Source: Candidatus Thorarchaeota archaeon
GTDB taxonomy: Archaea > Asgardarchaeota > Heimdallarchaeia > Hodarchaeales > Hodarchaeaceae
Direction: 5' to 3'
Assembly: GCA_048882505.1 (NCBI GenBank)
Contig: JBHLRO010000021.1
Location: 1-32,000 of the forward strand
DNA: 32,000 nt
The notes below the pieces were generated by a model that was not told the origin of the DNA, did not search any database, and worked only from the letters and a program-made list of their open reading frames with translations. This document shows positions 8,365-16,406 of this stretch, piece after piece (the first letter of the stretch is position 1; every line of letters begins with the position of its first letter). The translations under genes were made by a program, and so were the position numbers.

Positions 8365-8546
8365 TTCCGAATATAGGCTTTGGCGTGCTGAATTCGAGAA
8401 TTGAAGTCTTAAAACGTGATTTCATAAGTATTCTCGCTACTGCCGTGAGTTCTTTGGAAGAAGATTATGAAAAATCATTGTTTACTCGAGGATCGTTTTG
8501 GAAGGATTCTTATTTTCTCTCCATAGGAAGCTTGGTCGATGCCTGA
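8361..8546 (+). CDS. Possible 61-aa small protein
   Basis: Fills the gap exactly: ATGA overlap with the longin gene stop and 8-nt overlap with the fpg start. No recognisable motif. Confidence 0.35.
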   Translation: MIPNIGFGVLNSRIEVLKRDFISILATAVSSLEEDYEKSLFTRGSFWKDSYFLSIGSLVDA

Positions 8547-9396
8547 ACTCCCAGAAATCGAAGCGATTCGACAATATTTGGGTAAAAATCTGGAAGGACA
8601 GGTCATCAAACAAGTGTTTACTTCATTGCATACGGTTATCCGTACTCCAGGTGTTGAAGAGTTTGTTAACGAACTCCCAGGAACCAGATTTTCTGAATTC
8701 CAGAGAACAGGAAAAATATTGCATGTCATCACGATCCAAGGATCAACAGGATTTGAAATATTCCTAGATTTTGGATTGACTGGCCGCCTTTCCTGGAGGA
8801 GAGAAAAAAAGAACCTTCCAGCCAAGACTGTTATTAGATTTGTAATCGAAGGTGGTACTGAGCTCATCTACCATGATCGGCGCCTGCATGGAAGCATATG
8901 GATCTTTCGGTTCCACTTGGGTCAACCTCGTCAATTGCCTCCGGTATTGACGCGTTTTGGGCCAGATATCCTTTCAATTGACACAAATACATTTCATCGT
9001 AGGGCCGCACGTTATCGGGGAGAAATAAAGTCAATTTTAACCAATCAACAATTTGTAGCTGGTATAGGAAATGCCTATGCGGATGAAATTCTCTTTGAAG
9101 CTCAAATTCATCCCTTTACAAAACGAACTCAGCTTTCTAAAGAGGATTTAGAGAAACTGTTTCAAACCAGCAGACTGGTGTTAACCAACGCGACAAATCA
9201 CATTTTAACAGACTTAAATTCTAATCACAGATTGAATAACGAAAAGATTTGGCGAAAGCAGCTCTTTCAGGTTCATTTGCGTGGAGGTGAGCCGTGTCCC
9301 ATCTGTAAACGTCCTTTAAGAGAGATTAAAACGAAAAGACTTACCAATTTTTGCAGAACCTGTCAGCCTACGAAGAATATCGCAGCCTTTAGGTAG
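8539..9396 (+). CDS. mutM: Fpg/Nei family DNA glycosylase/AP lyase
   Basis: N-terminal MPELPE, RTGK catalytic Lys, H2TH motif VAGIGNAYADEILFEAQIHP, C-terminal zinc finger CPIC...R...FCRTCQ. Confidence 0.92.
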   Translation: MPELPEIEAIRQYLGKNLEGQVIKQVFTSLHTVIRTPGVEEFVNELPGTRFSEFQRTGKILHVITIQGSTGFEIFLDFGLTGRLSWRREKKNLPAKTVIRFVIEGGTELIYHDRRLHGSIWIFRFHLGQPRQLPPVLTRFGPDILSIDTNTFHRRAARYRGEIKSILTNQQFVAGIGNAYADEILFEAQIHPFTKRTQLSKEDLEKLFQTSRLVLTNATNHILTDLNSNHRLNNEKIWRKQLFQVHLRGGEPCPICKRPLREIKTKRLTNFCRTCQPTKNIAAFR

Positions 9397-9472
9397 GCCC
9401 CCAGCTGATGCAACCACCTACCTCCAGAAGGTATACTTCTACAAAATCCTACATATTTGAGATGAAAATCAC

Positions 9473-10852
9473 GTGCTAGAGTCATTTTTCGCCCCCAAAT
9501 CCGTAACCGTAATTGGGGCCAGCAGTGATGAGAACAAATACGGGAGACTAATCTTTAATCATTTCGTTGTGCCCTTTCATGGGCGTGTATACCCCATCAA
9601 TCCTAATACTGAGAAAATAATGGGCATAAAATGCTATTCCTCAGTTTTCGAGCTACCAATAGTCCCTGATCTAGCTATAGTAGTAGTTCCAGCAAAAATC
9701 GCTGTAAAAGCTGTCTCTGAAGCCGCTGAATACGGAATCCCTGCAATAGTCTGCATCACAGCAGGTTTTTCAGAAATCGGAAGAGACGACCTTCAGGCTG
9801 CTTTGGTTCAAAATCTTGGAAAGTCACGGTTGATAGGCCCCAATTGTTTAGGTGTAATCGATACACAAACACAGCTGAACACAATCTTTGCTAACTTTGA
9901 ACTTCCAGAGAAAGGACCTGTGAGCTTGATCAGCCAATCAGGGTCATTAGCCATTGATCTGTTACTAGCTCTACAACGAAATAAGATCGGATTAAGACGT
10001 TTTGTATCATATGGAAATGCGGCGGATTTAAACGAAACAGACTTTATTGAGTTTTTTGGCCAGGATCCCAATACACGGGTAATTGGGGCGTATCTCGAGG
10101 TTGTTAAGGCAGGTAGGAGATTTATAGAAACTTCAAAGAGTATCGCACAAAAAAAACCAATCGTTGCTTTAAAATTACCTATAACTGAGGAGGTGACTAT
10201 GGCTGCCAGAAGCCACACTGGTGCAGTTCTCAGTTCCAAGAGTATGGGCCTGTATAAGGAAATTCTTCGAAGATCAGGGATTATTCAATGCGATTCAACA
10301 CAACAGTTTGTAAATTCTATTAGAGCTCTCTATAAGCAACCGCCTGCCCTAGGTTCTCAAATAGCAATAGTGACAAACACGGGCGGCCCCGGAGCAATGG
10401 CTTTATATCGAATGACCAGGTACAAACTAAAGCTAGCGACGTTAAGAGCAGAAACAGCAAAGGCAGCAGAAACTATCATCAGGAAACATAACGTACAAAC
10501 TTTTCTTTCCAGGGCTTCAGATAATAGGCCCAGGGCCTTTTTAGATCTGACGGGAAGTGCAACCACAGAAGTAATTGAAAGCATTTCTCGTGTTTTTTTG
10601 AAGGATCCTTCTGTAAGCGGAATCATACTTGTTCCAAGATCTGATGCTCCTGTTGTCTCCCATGACACTCCTGCGCGGGTAGCTGTTCTACATAAAGAAT
10701 TTCCAGGCAAACCTGTACTCGTATACAACCTTCCTGATCCTATAGTCAATGCCAAGTTTGAGAATTATGGAATCCCAGTCTTTACTACAGCGGAAGATGC
10801 CATTGATGGAATGAACGCTCTAGTCGAACGCGGAAAATTTTTGAACCAATGA
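9473..10852 (+). CDS. acdA: NDP-forming acyl-CoA synthetase (ACD) alpha subunit
   Basis: PKSVTVIGAS CoA-binding fold, AGFSE, IGPNCLG, SQSGSL, SYGNAADL, and phospho-His motif AARSHTGA. No ATP-grasp beta domain is fused or present in the window. Confidence 0.88.
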   Translation: MLESFFAPKSVTVIGASSDENKYGRLIFNHFVVPFHGRVYPINPNTEKIMGIKCYSSVFELPIVPDLAIVVVPAKIAVKAVSEAAEYGIPAIVCITAGFSEIGRDDLQAALVQNLGKSRLIGPNCLGVIDTQTQLNTIFANFELPEKGPVSLISQSGSLAIDLLLALQRNKIGLRRFVSYGNAADLNETDFIEFFGQDPNTRVIGAYLEVVKAGRRFIETSKSIAQKKPIVALKLPITEEVTMAARSHTGAVLSSKSMGLYKEILRRSGIIQCDSTQQFVNSIRALYKQPPALGSQIAIVTNTGGPGAMALYRMTRYKLKLATLRAETAKAAETIIRKHNVQTFLSRASDNRPRAFLDLTGSATTEVIESISRVFLKDPSVSGIILVPRSDAPVVSHDTPARVAVLHKEFPGKPVLVYNLPDPIVNAKFENYGIPVFTTAEDAIDGMNALVERGKFLNQ

Positions 10853-10871
10853 ATTTAGAGGACTGCAAATC

Positions 10872-11927
10872 ATGAGCATCGTTGATCCCACTGATGAGAA
10901 GCAACGAAAGATCCATGATAGGGTGAGGGCCTTAATCCTTCAATCTGGCGATAATATTACAAAAAACATCCGCATTGAGATAGGGAGAATTTCCGATACT
11001 CGTATGAAACAAATCAGGGTATTTAGCGGAGCTGGAGGAAAGACGTACGTTATTGAGGCAGGATTGACAACTTCCCTTGCGGGCGAAATTGATGGAGGTA
11101 TCGTTATCAAGTTCGCACACGATCTTGATGCCGAGGTTAATAATGCAAAACAACTCGTCGAGCTTTTAAAGAAACGACAGCAGGATTGGCTGGAATGGAA
11201 AAAGCAACATGAAATTCCAAAACAGATAAAACGATTTTCAGATCATGTGTTTGCTCCAGAAGTGATACATGTCATTCCGGAGGCTAAAGCCCTGATTCTG
11301 GAGTTCTTAAGTGGATATTCATCCTTACTTCAAGTGGATCTGCCGCAAAAATCCCGCTGGGAATATGCAGGCTATGCACTGGCCCGATTACATGGATCCA
11401 AACGACAATCTACCAACGTTCAGCTTTATTCTCCTCTAATAAGGATGCTTAGTCCCAAAATAGACCAAAAGTGGTTAGATTACTGGGAACAGGTTTTGGA
11501 ACAGGCAAACGGTGGTGTGGATTTCATTCATGGAGATTCCCATTTATCCAATCTATTAATCTCCCCTGAGGGGATTGCTTGGATTGATGCAATGATGCTA
11601 CCCAAATTAGATCGAATGGACGACATCGGGTACATTATTAGCCATGCAATACAGGAACACGTTGTGAACAACATTGGTTTCGGTATCAATGTTTCAAAAC
11701 TTGTGGAAACCATCACCAGAGGATGGGTACCGCTAGTTCTGGCAACGTACAAACGTACTTATGACATCTCGCAGTTATATACGCAACTGCCTCTTGATTT
11801 CTTCTTGGGATCGCATTTGATTATCAGAGGAGAAATTTGGGAAAAAGAAATCGCAGAGATCCTCTTTCGTGTCGGACGGCATTTTATTTACAAGATGCCG
11901 ATAGCAAAAATGCTTCATACAGAGTGA
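10872..11927 (+). CDS. APH/choline-kinase-like phosphotransferase
   Basis: Gly loop FSGAGGKTY, beta3 Lys IVIKF, alphaC Glu, ALARLHG, catalytic HGDSHLSN and metal-binding WID, then DDIG. Confidence 0.8.
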   Translation: MSIVDPTDEKQRKIHDRVRALILQSGDNITKNIRIEIGRISDTRMKQIRVFSGAGGKTYVIEAGLTTSLAGEIDGGIVIKFAHDLDAEVNNAKQLVELLKKRQQDWLEWKKQHEIPKQIKRFSDHVFAPEVIHVIPEAKALILEFLSGYSSLLQVDLPQKSRWEYAGYALARLHGSKRQSTNVQLYSPLIRMLSPKIDQKWLDYWEQVLEQANGGVDFIHGDSHLSNLLISPEGIAWIDAMMLPKLDRMDDIGYIISHAIQEHVVNNIGFGINVSKLVETITRGWVPLVLATYKRTYDISQLYTQLPLDFFLGSHLIIRGEIWEKEIAEILFRVGRHFIYKMPIAKMLHTE

Positions 11928-11992
11928 AAAAACCATTTCTTTTACAAACTTTCGTAAATATGCATAATCGGGGTTTTTTAGTTTTGAGAATA

Positions 11993-13072
11993 ATGATTGA
12001 AAACAAGTATAGGGATCTTAGAGCAGTCTGGCTAGAATTTGAAGATACTGGAAATCAAGCTCCTGTAAAGATGATTGACCAAACTAAAATTCCTTTTAAG
12101 GTAGAAATCGTTACTTGTCCTACTTATCGCGAAACAGCGGAGGCTATTCGATCAATGGTTATACGTGGAGCACCATCGATTGGTGGTGCAGGCGCATTTG
12201 GTTTGGCTCAAGCGGTGGCAGAATTTTGGGGTTCTCCTGGTTTTGAAGATAAACTCAAGGCCGCTTATCAGCTGTTATTAGCTTCTCGTCCGACAGCTGT
12301 GGATTTAAAACATGGACTCGATTTTGTGTTGAATACGCCCAACATTCTCACTCCAGAGCGCGCCATAAATCGTGCGCAACAATTTGCCGATACTGTGGTT
12401 GAGGAAGGCCGAAAATTAGGAACTATAGGAGCAACGTTGATAAAATCTGGGAGTAGAATACTGACGCATTGTCACACTGGAGCCCTGGCGTTAATCGATT
12501 ACGGAAGTGCACTGGCACCTATCGTTTGGGCCTGGACAAACGAAGGAAAACGATTCCATGTATTCGTAGATGAAACCCGTCCTCGTTTACAAGGACGCAT
12601 CACCTCGTGGGAACTAAGTCAGTACAATATTCCTCATACTGTTATATGCGACTCTATGGCAGCCTCCTTAATGGCGCGTGGAAATCAAATAGATCTCATA
12701 ATAGTCGGAGCCGATCGAGTTGCAAGAAACGGAGATGTCGCTAACAAGATAGGGACATATGCCCTTGCAATTGCAGCCCACTATCATAATATTCCAATGT
12801 ACGTCGCTTTTCCAAGATCAACCTATGATCCGCTTACCCGTTCGGGGAAGGATATTGAAATTGAAAAACGATCCTCTCGAGAAATAAGGACTGTTAAAGG
12901 TCTTTCCGTGGAACTAGGGGTTATGCATCAGATTTCAATTCATCCTGGTGAAAATAATTCGCGTAAATTCCTTAACCCTGCATTTGACGTTACGCCTAAT
13001 GAGCTTATTTCGGGGTATATTACCCCCGAAGGGATTTTAACTAGTAAAGAACTCCAATTAAAAATGGCTTGA
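11993..13072 (+). CDS. mtnA: S-methyl-5-thioribose-1-phosphate isomerase (eIF2B-related family)
   Basis: MIDQTKIP, MVIRGAPSIG, SRPTAVDL, THCHTGALA, DETRPRLQG, GADRVARNGDVANKIGTY, NPAFDVTP. Start is uncertain (11960, 11984 or 11993); the ORF-track start at 11837 overlaps the kinase gene. Confidence 0.88.
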   Translation: MIENKYRDLRAVWLEFEDTGNQAPVKMIDQTKIPFKVEIVTCPTYRETAEAIRSMVIRGAPSIGGAGAFGLAQAVAEFWGSPGFEDKLKAAYQLLLASRPTAVDLKHGLDFVLNTPNILTPERAINRAQQFADTVVEEGRKLGTIGATLIKSGSRILTHCHTGALALIDYGSALAPIVWAWTNEGKRFHVFVDETRPRLQGRITSWELSQYNIPHTVICDSMAASLMARGNQIDLIIVGADRVARNGDVANKIGTYALAIAAHYHNIPMYVAFPRSTYDPLTRSGKDIEIEKRSSREIRTVKGLSVELGVMHQISIHPGENNSRKFLNPAFDVTPNELISGYITPEGILTSKELQLKMA

Positions 13073-13099
13073 TCGCTATTGTAATGGTTTGATGGCAAA

Positions 13100-14239
13100 A
13101 TGGGTCTTAATTTGGATATTAATGACTTTCCTACCTGCAAAAGTGTGATGTATTTTTCGACAGCAAGTATTGGTCTTGTTCCTGCTCTCGTGATTGATAG
13201 GGCCGCCAAATTTCTAACTGAAATATCGGAGGGTGGTACTATCGCCCTAGATGAAGAAAGAGAGGAAGGAATATATGAAACACTTAGGGAAAAGGGTTCT
13301 AAGCTATTTAAATGCAATCCTATGGATATTGCTGTCTTTAATTGTGTGTCTGAGGCCTTAAATGCAATAGCATGGAGTTCCAAGATTAAGAATGGGACTG
13401 TTGTTTCCATCGGGCATGAATTTCCAAGCGTGACCTACCCATGGATGAGACTGGCTTCAGAAAGAGCGTTAGCCGTAAATTTAATCGAAAGCCCTGATTG
13501 GATTATTACGAGGGATCAGATTTTAGAGAGAATTGATGACAAGACAAGACTTGTTGTTTTCAGCCACGTAGAATATTTAACTGGCCAGAAATTCAATCTT
13601 AGAGAAATCGCGAACGCGTGCCACGAGGTCGGAGCCCTATTCATCGTGGATGGAATTCAGGCCGCGGGAACTATGCCCCTAGATGTAGAAAAATGGGACG
13701 TTGACGCGTATATAACTGGATCCTATAAGTTTCTCTGCGCCCCTTTTGGATCTGCAATTGCTTATATCTCCAAAAGATATTACGAGGAAATTAACCCCGC
13801 GTTTGTTGGATGGAGAACAAGGGAGAATATGTGGAAATTTGAACCTATGGAGCTTACCTATGCACCAACTGCTAGGAAATTTGAGTATGGTACTAGTGCG
13901 TATGTGGCAAAACTAGCTTTTGGGGAGTCCCTCGGATATTTTCTAAATATTGGCGTTGAAAATATCGAACAACATAACGAGAGATTAGTAGAACTTCTTT
14001 TAGACGAACTAAATCGAATGGAATTGGTTGAAGTTATATCTCCGGAAGAAAGAGGTTCGATTGTTAGTTTTAAGGTACGATCACATAATCTAAAAGAGAT
14101 TAATGCAAGATTACAAAACTTAGAAAGGCCCGTGGAATTGAATATAAGAGAACCCATGTTACGTGTATCCCTCCATCTATATAATTCCGAAGATGATGTT
14201 TTTACATTTATAAAGGAACTAAAGCAGATTTTGTCCTAG
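13100..14239 (+). CDS. Class V (fold type I) PLP-dependent enzyme, SufS/kynureninase/EgtE-like, no desulfurase Cys
   Basis: HEFPSV, FSHVEYLTG, IVDGIQAAG, TGSYKFLCAPFG (PLP Lys), FEYGT, LRVSLHLYN. No RxGxHC or SxGSAC motif near the C-terminus. Confidence 0.85.
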   Translation: MGLNLDINDFPTCKSVMYFSTASIGLVPALVIDRAAKFLTEISEGGTIALDEEREEGIYETLREKGSKLFKCNPMDIAVFNCVSEALNAIAWSSKIKNGTVVSIGHEFPSVTYPWMRLASERALAVNLIESPDWIITRDQILERIDDKTRLVVFSHVEYLTGQKFNLREIANACHEVGALFIVDGIQAAGTMPLDVEKWDVDAYITGSYKFLCAPFGSAIAYISKRYYEEINPAFVGWRTRENMWKFEPMELTYAPTARKFEYGTSAYVAKLAFGESLGYFLNIGVENIEQHNERLVELLLDELNRMELVEVISPEERGSIVSFKVRSHNLKEINARLQNLERPVELNIREPMLRVSLHLYNSEDDVFTFIKELKQILS

Positions 14240-14372
14240 ATAACTATGGACTTTAAGAGATTCCTATGATCCTCGTCCTGACGCCATTCTTTCGGACGAT
14301 TAGAAAAGCTCTGTTTAAATACAAGATTGGTGGGAGATATTTCGAGAGATATACTAACATAAGGCCGTTATC

Positions 14373-15782
14373 ATGGCAAGACGCAAAGACGCCCTTCCAC
14401 CTGAATTTCCTATATTACGGGAATTAAATACTGGTTACTCCATTGTAATCAAAGGACAACCAGGCACGGGAAAATCTACACTGGCCTTAGAAATGGTAGC
14501 TGCATTGTCCAACTCATTTTTTATTAGCAGCCGGATTAATCCCAAAACAATATTGCAAGATTCCCCTTGGATTCTATCACAACTATCTAAACACAGATCT
14601 TCACCTTTTTTCATCGATGCCACGCGATCCAGTGATGAACGGAGCGAAAGAAACATCCAGGTTTTAAAATATGAAACAATGCCAGAGTTTGTACAACAGT
14701 TATTTTCTTTGGGTGAAGAGCTTGCCAATAAAGTCATTGTGATCGATAGTTGGAATGCTCTTACCATAAACCTTACTTCTAGTCAGATCAGCCACTGGGA
14801 ATCTGTGATTGTCCAACATTTGAGAGCTGAAAACTCTAAAATCATTTTCATTATGGAAGGTATTCAAGACACAAGTTTAGATTGGGTAGTTGATGGTATT
14901 GCAATATTGAGCAAGCGTTCGATCACTTCCCCTCAAAGAATCGCACGGCGAGTTCGGGAATTGAGTTTTCCCAAAATGAGGGGCCGAGAGATCCAGAACG
15001 AGACCTATCTAACTACGCTATACAAAGGACGCTTTCAAACCTTTTTTCCATTTGTTCATCGCTTTCCAGCTATCATGATAAAACCATCACCCATAGGGGA
15101 TCCTGATGACCAGCATATTTCATCGGGATCAGTGGCTTTTGATGAACTATTTGGAGGTTTTCTTAAGGGATCGTGGAACCTTTTTGAGGCAACAACCGCC
15201 GTGGGAGGCGGATTTGAACTAATTTTATTTCCACTGTTGACTAATCAACTAGTCAATGAAAGGCCAATCGTTAGTGTATTTCGGGAAGGTGTCACACTGG
15301 ATGCCAGAAGCCCTTTTCTAGATGTATTTACTGGAACAAAGACATGGATTCAAAAAACAGTCAATTTTGAACGATTCATTCCTGAAAATGCTGCTCATAG
15401 GGCGGAACTCCCTGAAACTATCGAAGAATTATTATCACAGTTTGAATCTGCAAGAGAGAATCTTTCCCCTACTAATGGAGGCCCATGTCTAATAAATCTT
15501 GGTTTGGATGTTCTAGAAAACAAGTATGGAATTCCTGCCTTACAGACTCTTATTGCTATACTGGTTTCGAAAGCTCGTCTCAGAGGTGACATTGTGGTGG
15601 GTTTTTTACAAGAGAAACAACAATTCCGTGGAGGGACAGCAGTAGCGACTTCTCAATGGAAAATTGACCTAATCGACCGTGCACTTGTACTGGAGGGAAT
15701 CATACCTGCTACGGAATATTATGCCATTGAACCCGTTTTGTACAAAGGATATGTTGACTACACAGTTACTCCAATTCAATAG
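14373..15782 (+). CDS. GvpD-type / KaiC-like tandem RecA-fold ATPase, second domain degenerate
   Basis: Domain 1: IKGQPGTGKST Walker A, IVIDSWNAL Walker B, DWVVDGIAIL, KMRG finger. Domain 2 starts ISSGSVAFDELFGG, but the Walker A position reads EATTAVGG (no GKT). Confidence 0.8.
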   Translation: MARRKDALPPEFPILRELNTGYSIVIKGQPGTGKSTLALEMVAALSNSFFISSRINPKTILQDSPWILSQLSKHRSSPFFIDATRSSDERSERNIQVLKYETMPEFVQQLFSLGEELANKVIVIDSWNALTINLTSSQISHWESVIVQHLRAENSKIIFIMEGIQDTSLDWVVDGIAILSKRSITSPQRIARRVRELSFPKMRGREIQNETYLTTLYKGRFQTFFPFVHRFPAIMIKPSPIGDPDDQHISSGSVAFDELFGGFLKGSWNLFEATTAVGGGFELILFPLLTNQLVNERPIVSVFREGVTLDARSPFLDVFTGTKTWIQKTVNFERFIPENAAHRAELPETIEELLSQFESARENLSPTNGGPCLINLGLDVLENKYGIPALQTLIAILVSKARLRGDIVVGFLQEKQQFRGGTAVATSQWKIDLIDRALVLEGIIPATEYYAIEPVLYKGYVDYTVTPIQ

Positions 15783-15847
15783 ATACAGGAAAGTGCCCTG
15801 ATTACTAAACATTCCAGTTAGTTAATGCGAAAATCTTCCTGAATATT

Positions 15848-15890
15848 AAAGAGAAGAAAAAGCAGGGAATACGGGGACCTTCTCCCCTGC
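15848..15890 (-). terminator. GC-rich hairpin followed by U-rich tract on the minus strand
   Basis: Minus strand reads GCAGGGGA-GAAGG-TCCCC-GTATT-CCCTGC-TTTTTCTTCTCTTT. No annotated minus-strand gene lies upstream. Confidence 0.4.
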
Positions 15891-15998
15891 GAGAACCTTG
15901 GCCGGCCTCAATAAAAGAACAGCTCTGAATGGAAAGATTAATTCATTCTTTCTGAACTCCGAGGTATCCCCTTATCGATGTGACGTCATCTCATCCCT

Positions 15999-16185
15999 TT
16001 AGTCCCTCTCAAGATGGATGAAAAGATCATTCTGCTCTGATCTCATACCGATCTCGACAAATCGACTTAAACTTTGTTTCGTGATAGGATCGACGTTAAA
16101 AATGCAAACAGAATGTATTTCTGATTCCCTAAAATGCCCTATATAACGTTTCATTATATATGTCCATACCAATTACCTTCTTCAT
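15999..16185 (-). pseudogene. Possible frameshifted remnant of an RNase H-fold (IS110-like DEDD) gene
   Basis: ATG16185 reads MKKVIGMDIYNETLY. Restoring one AT unit in the TTATATA run at 16140-16146 continues it as IGHFRESEIHSVCIFNVDPITKQSLSRFVEIGMRSEQNDLFIHLERD* (TAA 16001-15999). Resemblance judged by eye only. Confidence 0.25.
16140..16160. promoter_or_regulatory. TATATAA-N7-TTATATA palindrome (back-to-back TATA-like boxes)
   Basis: Perfect 7-7-7 inverted repeat. The minus-strand copy has a purine-rich BRE-like GAAAC just upstream; the plus-strand copy does not. Confidence 0.35.
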
Positions 16186-16406
16186 GGTTAACTTAAAAAT
16201 AGAAATAGATTACTAATACTGGAATGGATTAAGTACAATTTGATTGGAAAGAATTTGAAATAATGGGATTTAATTGGTAGAGATATGAGAAATGATCTCA
16301 AGAGTTTGTACCTCCAGGGGACGAAAACCTGAAAGAAAGGATATTGATACAAATCGTTTTCGGCCACAAATGTTACAGAATAAGGGATTCAAAGGATTTC
16401 AATGAA

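Noticed and set aside
10872-11927. Assigning the gene symbol mtnK to the kinase
   Set aside because: MtnK-specific HGDLHxGS and DPEF motifs are absent; only the fold and neighbourhood support it, so it is kept as a hypothesis.
13100-14239. Calling the class V PLP enzyme a cysteine desulfurase supplying sulfur to the Lar pathway
   Set aside because: No catalytic Cys loop (RxGxHC or SxGSAC) in the C-terminal region, and it is not adjacent to the lar genes.
14373-15782. Gas vesicle or circadian clock locus
   Set aside because: No gvpA/C/F/L/N or kaiA/kaiB genes in the window; only the ATPase family resemblance.
15783-16406. SRP RNA, RNase P RNA, SAM/TPP/FMN/fluoride riboswitch, C/D box sRNA or SECIS in the long intergenic region
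   Set aside because: Diagnostic motifs (SRP helix 8, RNase P GAGGAAAGUCC, complete C/D'/C'/D set, riboswitch cores) were not found by eye, and no Sec-type in-frame TGA gene is nearby. The TGACGTCA 8-mer is expected by chance.
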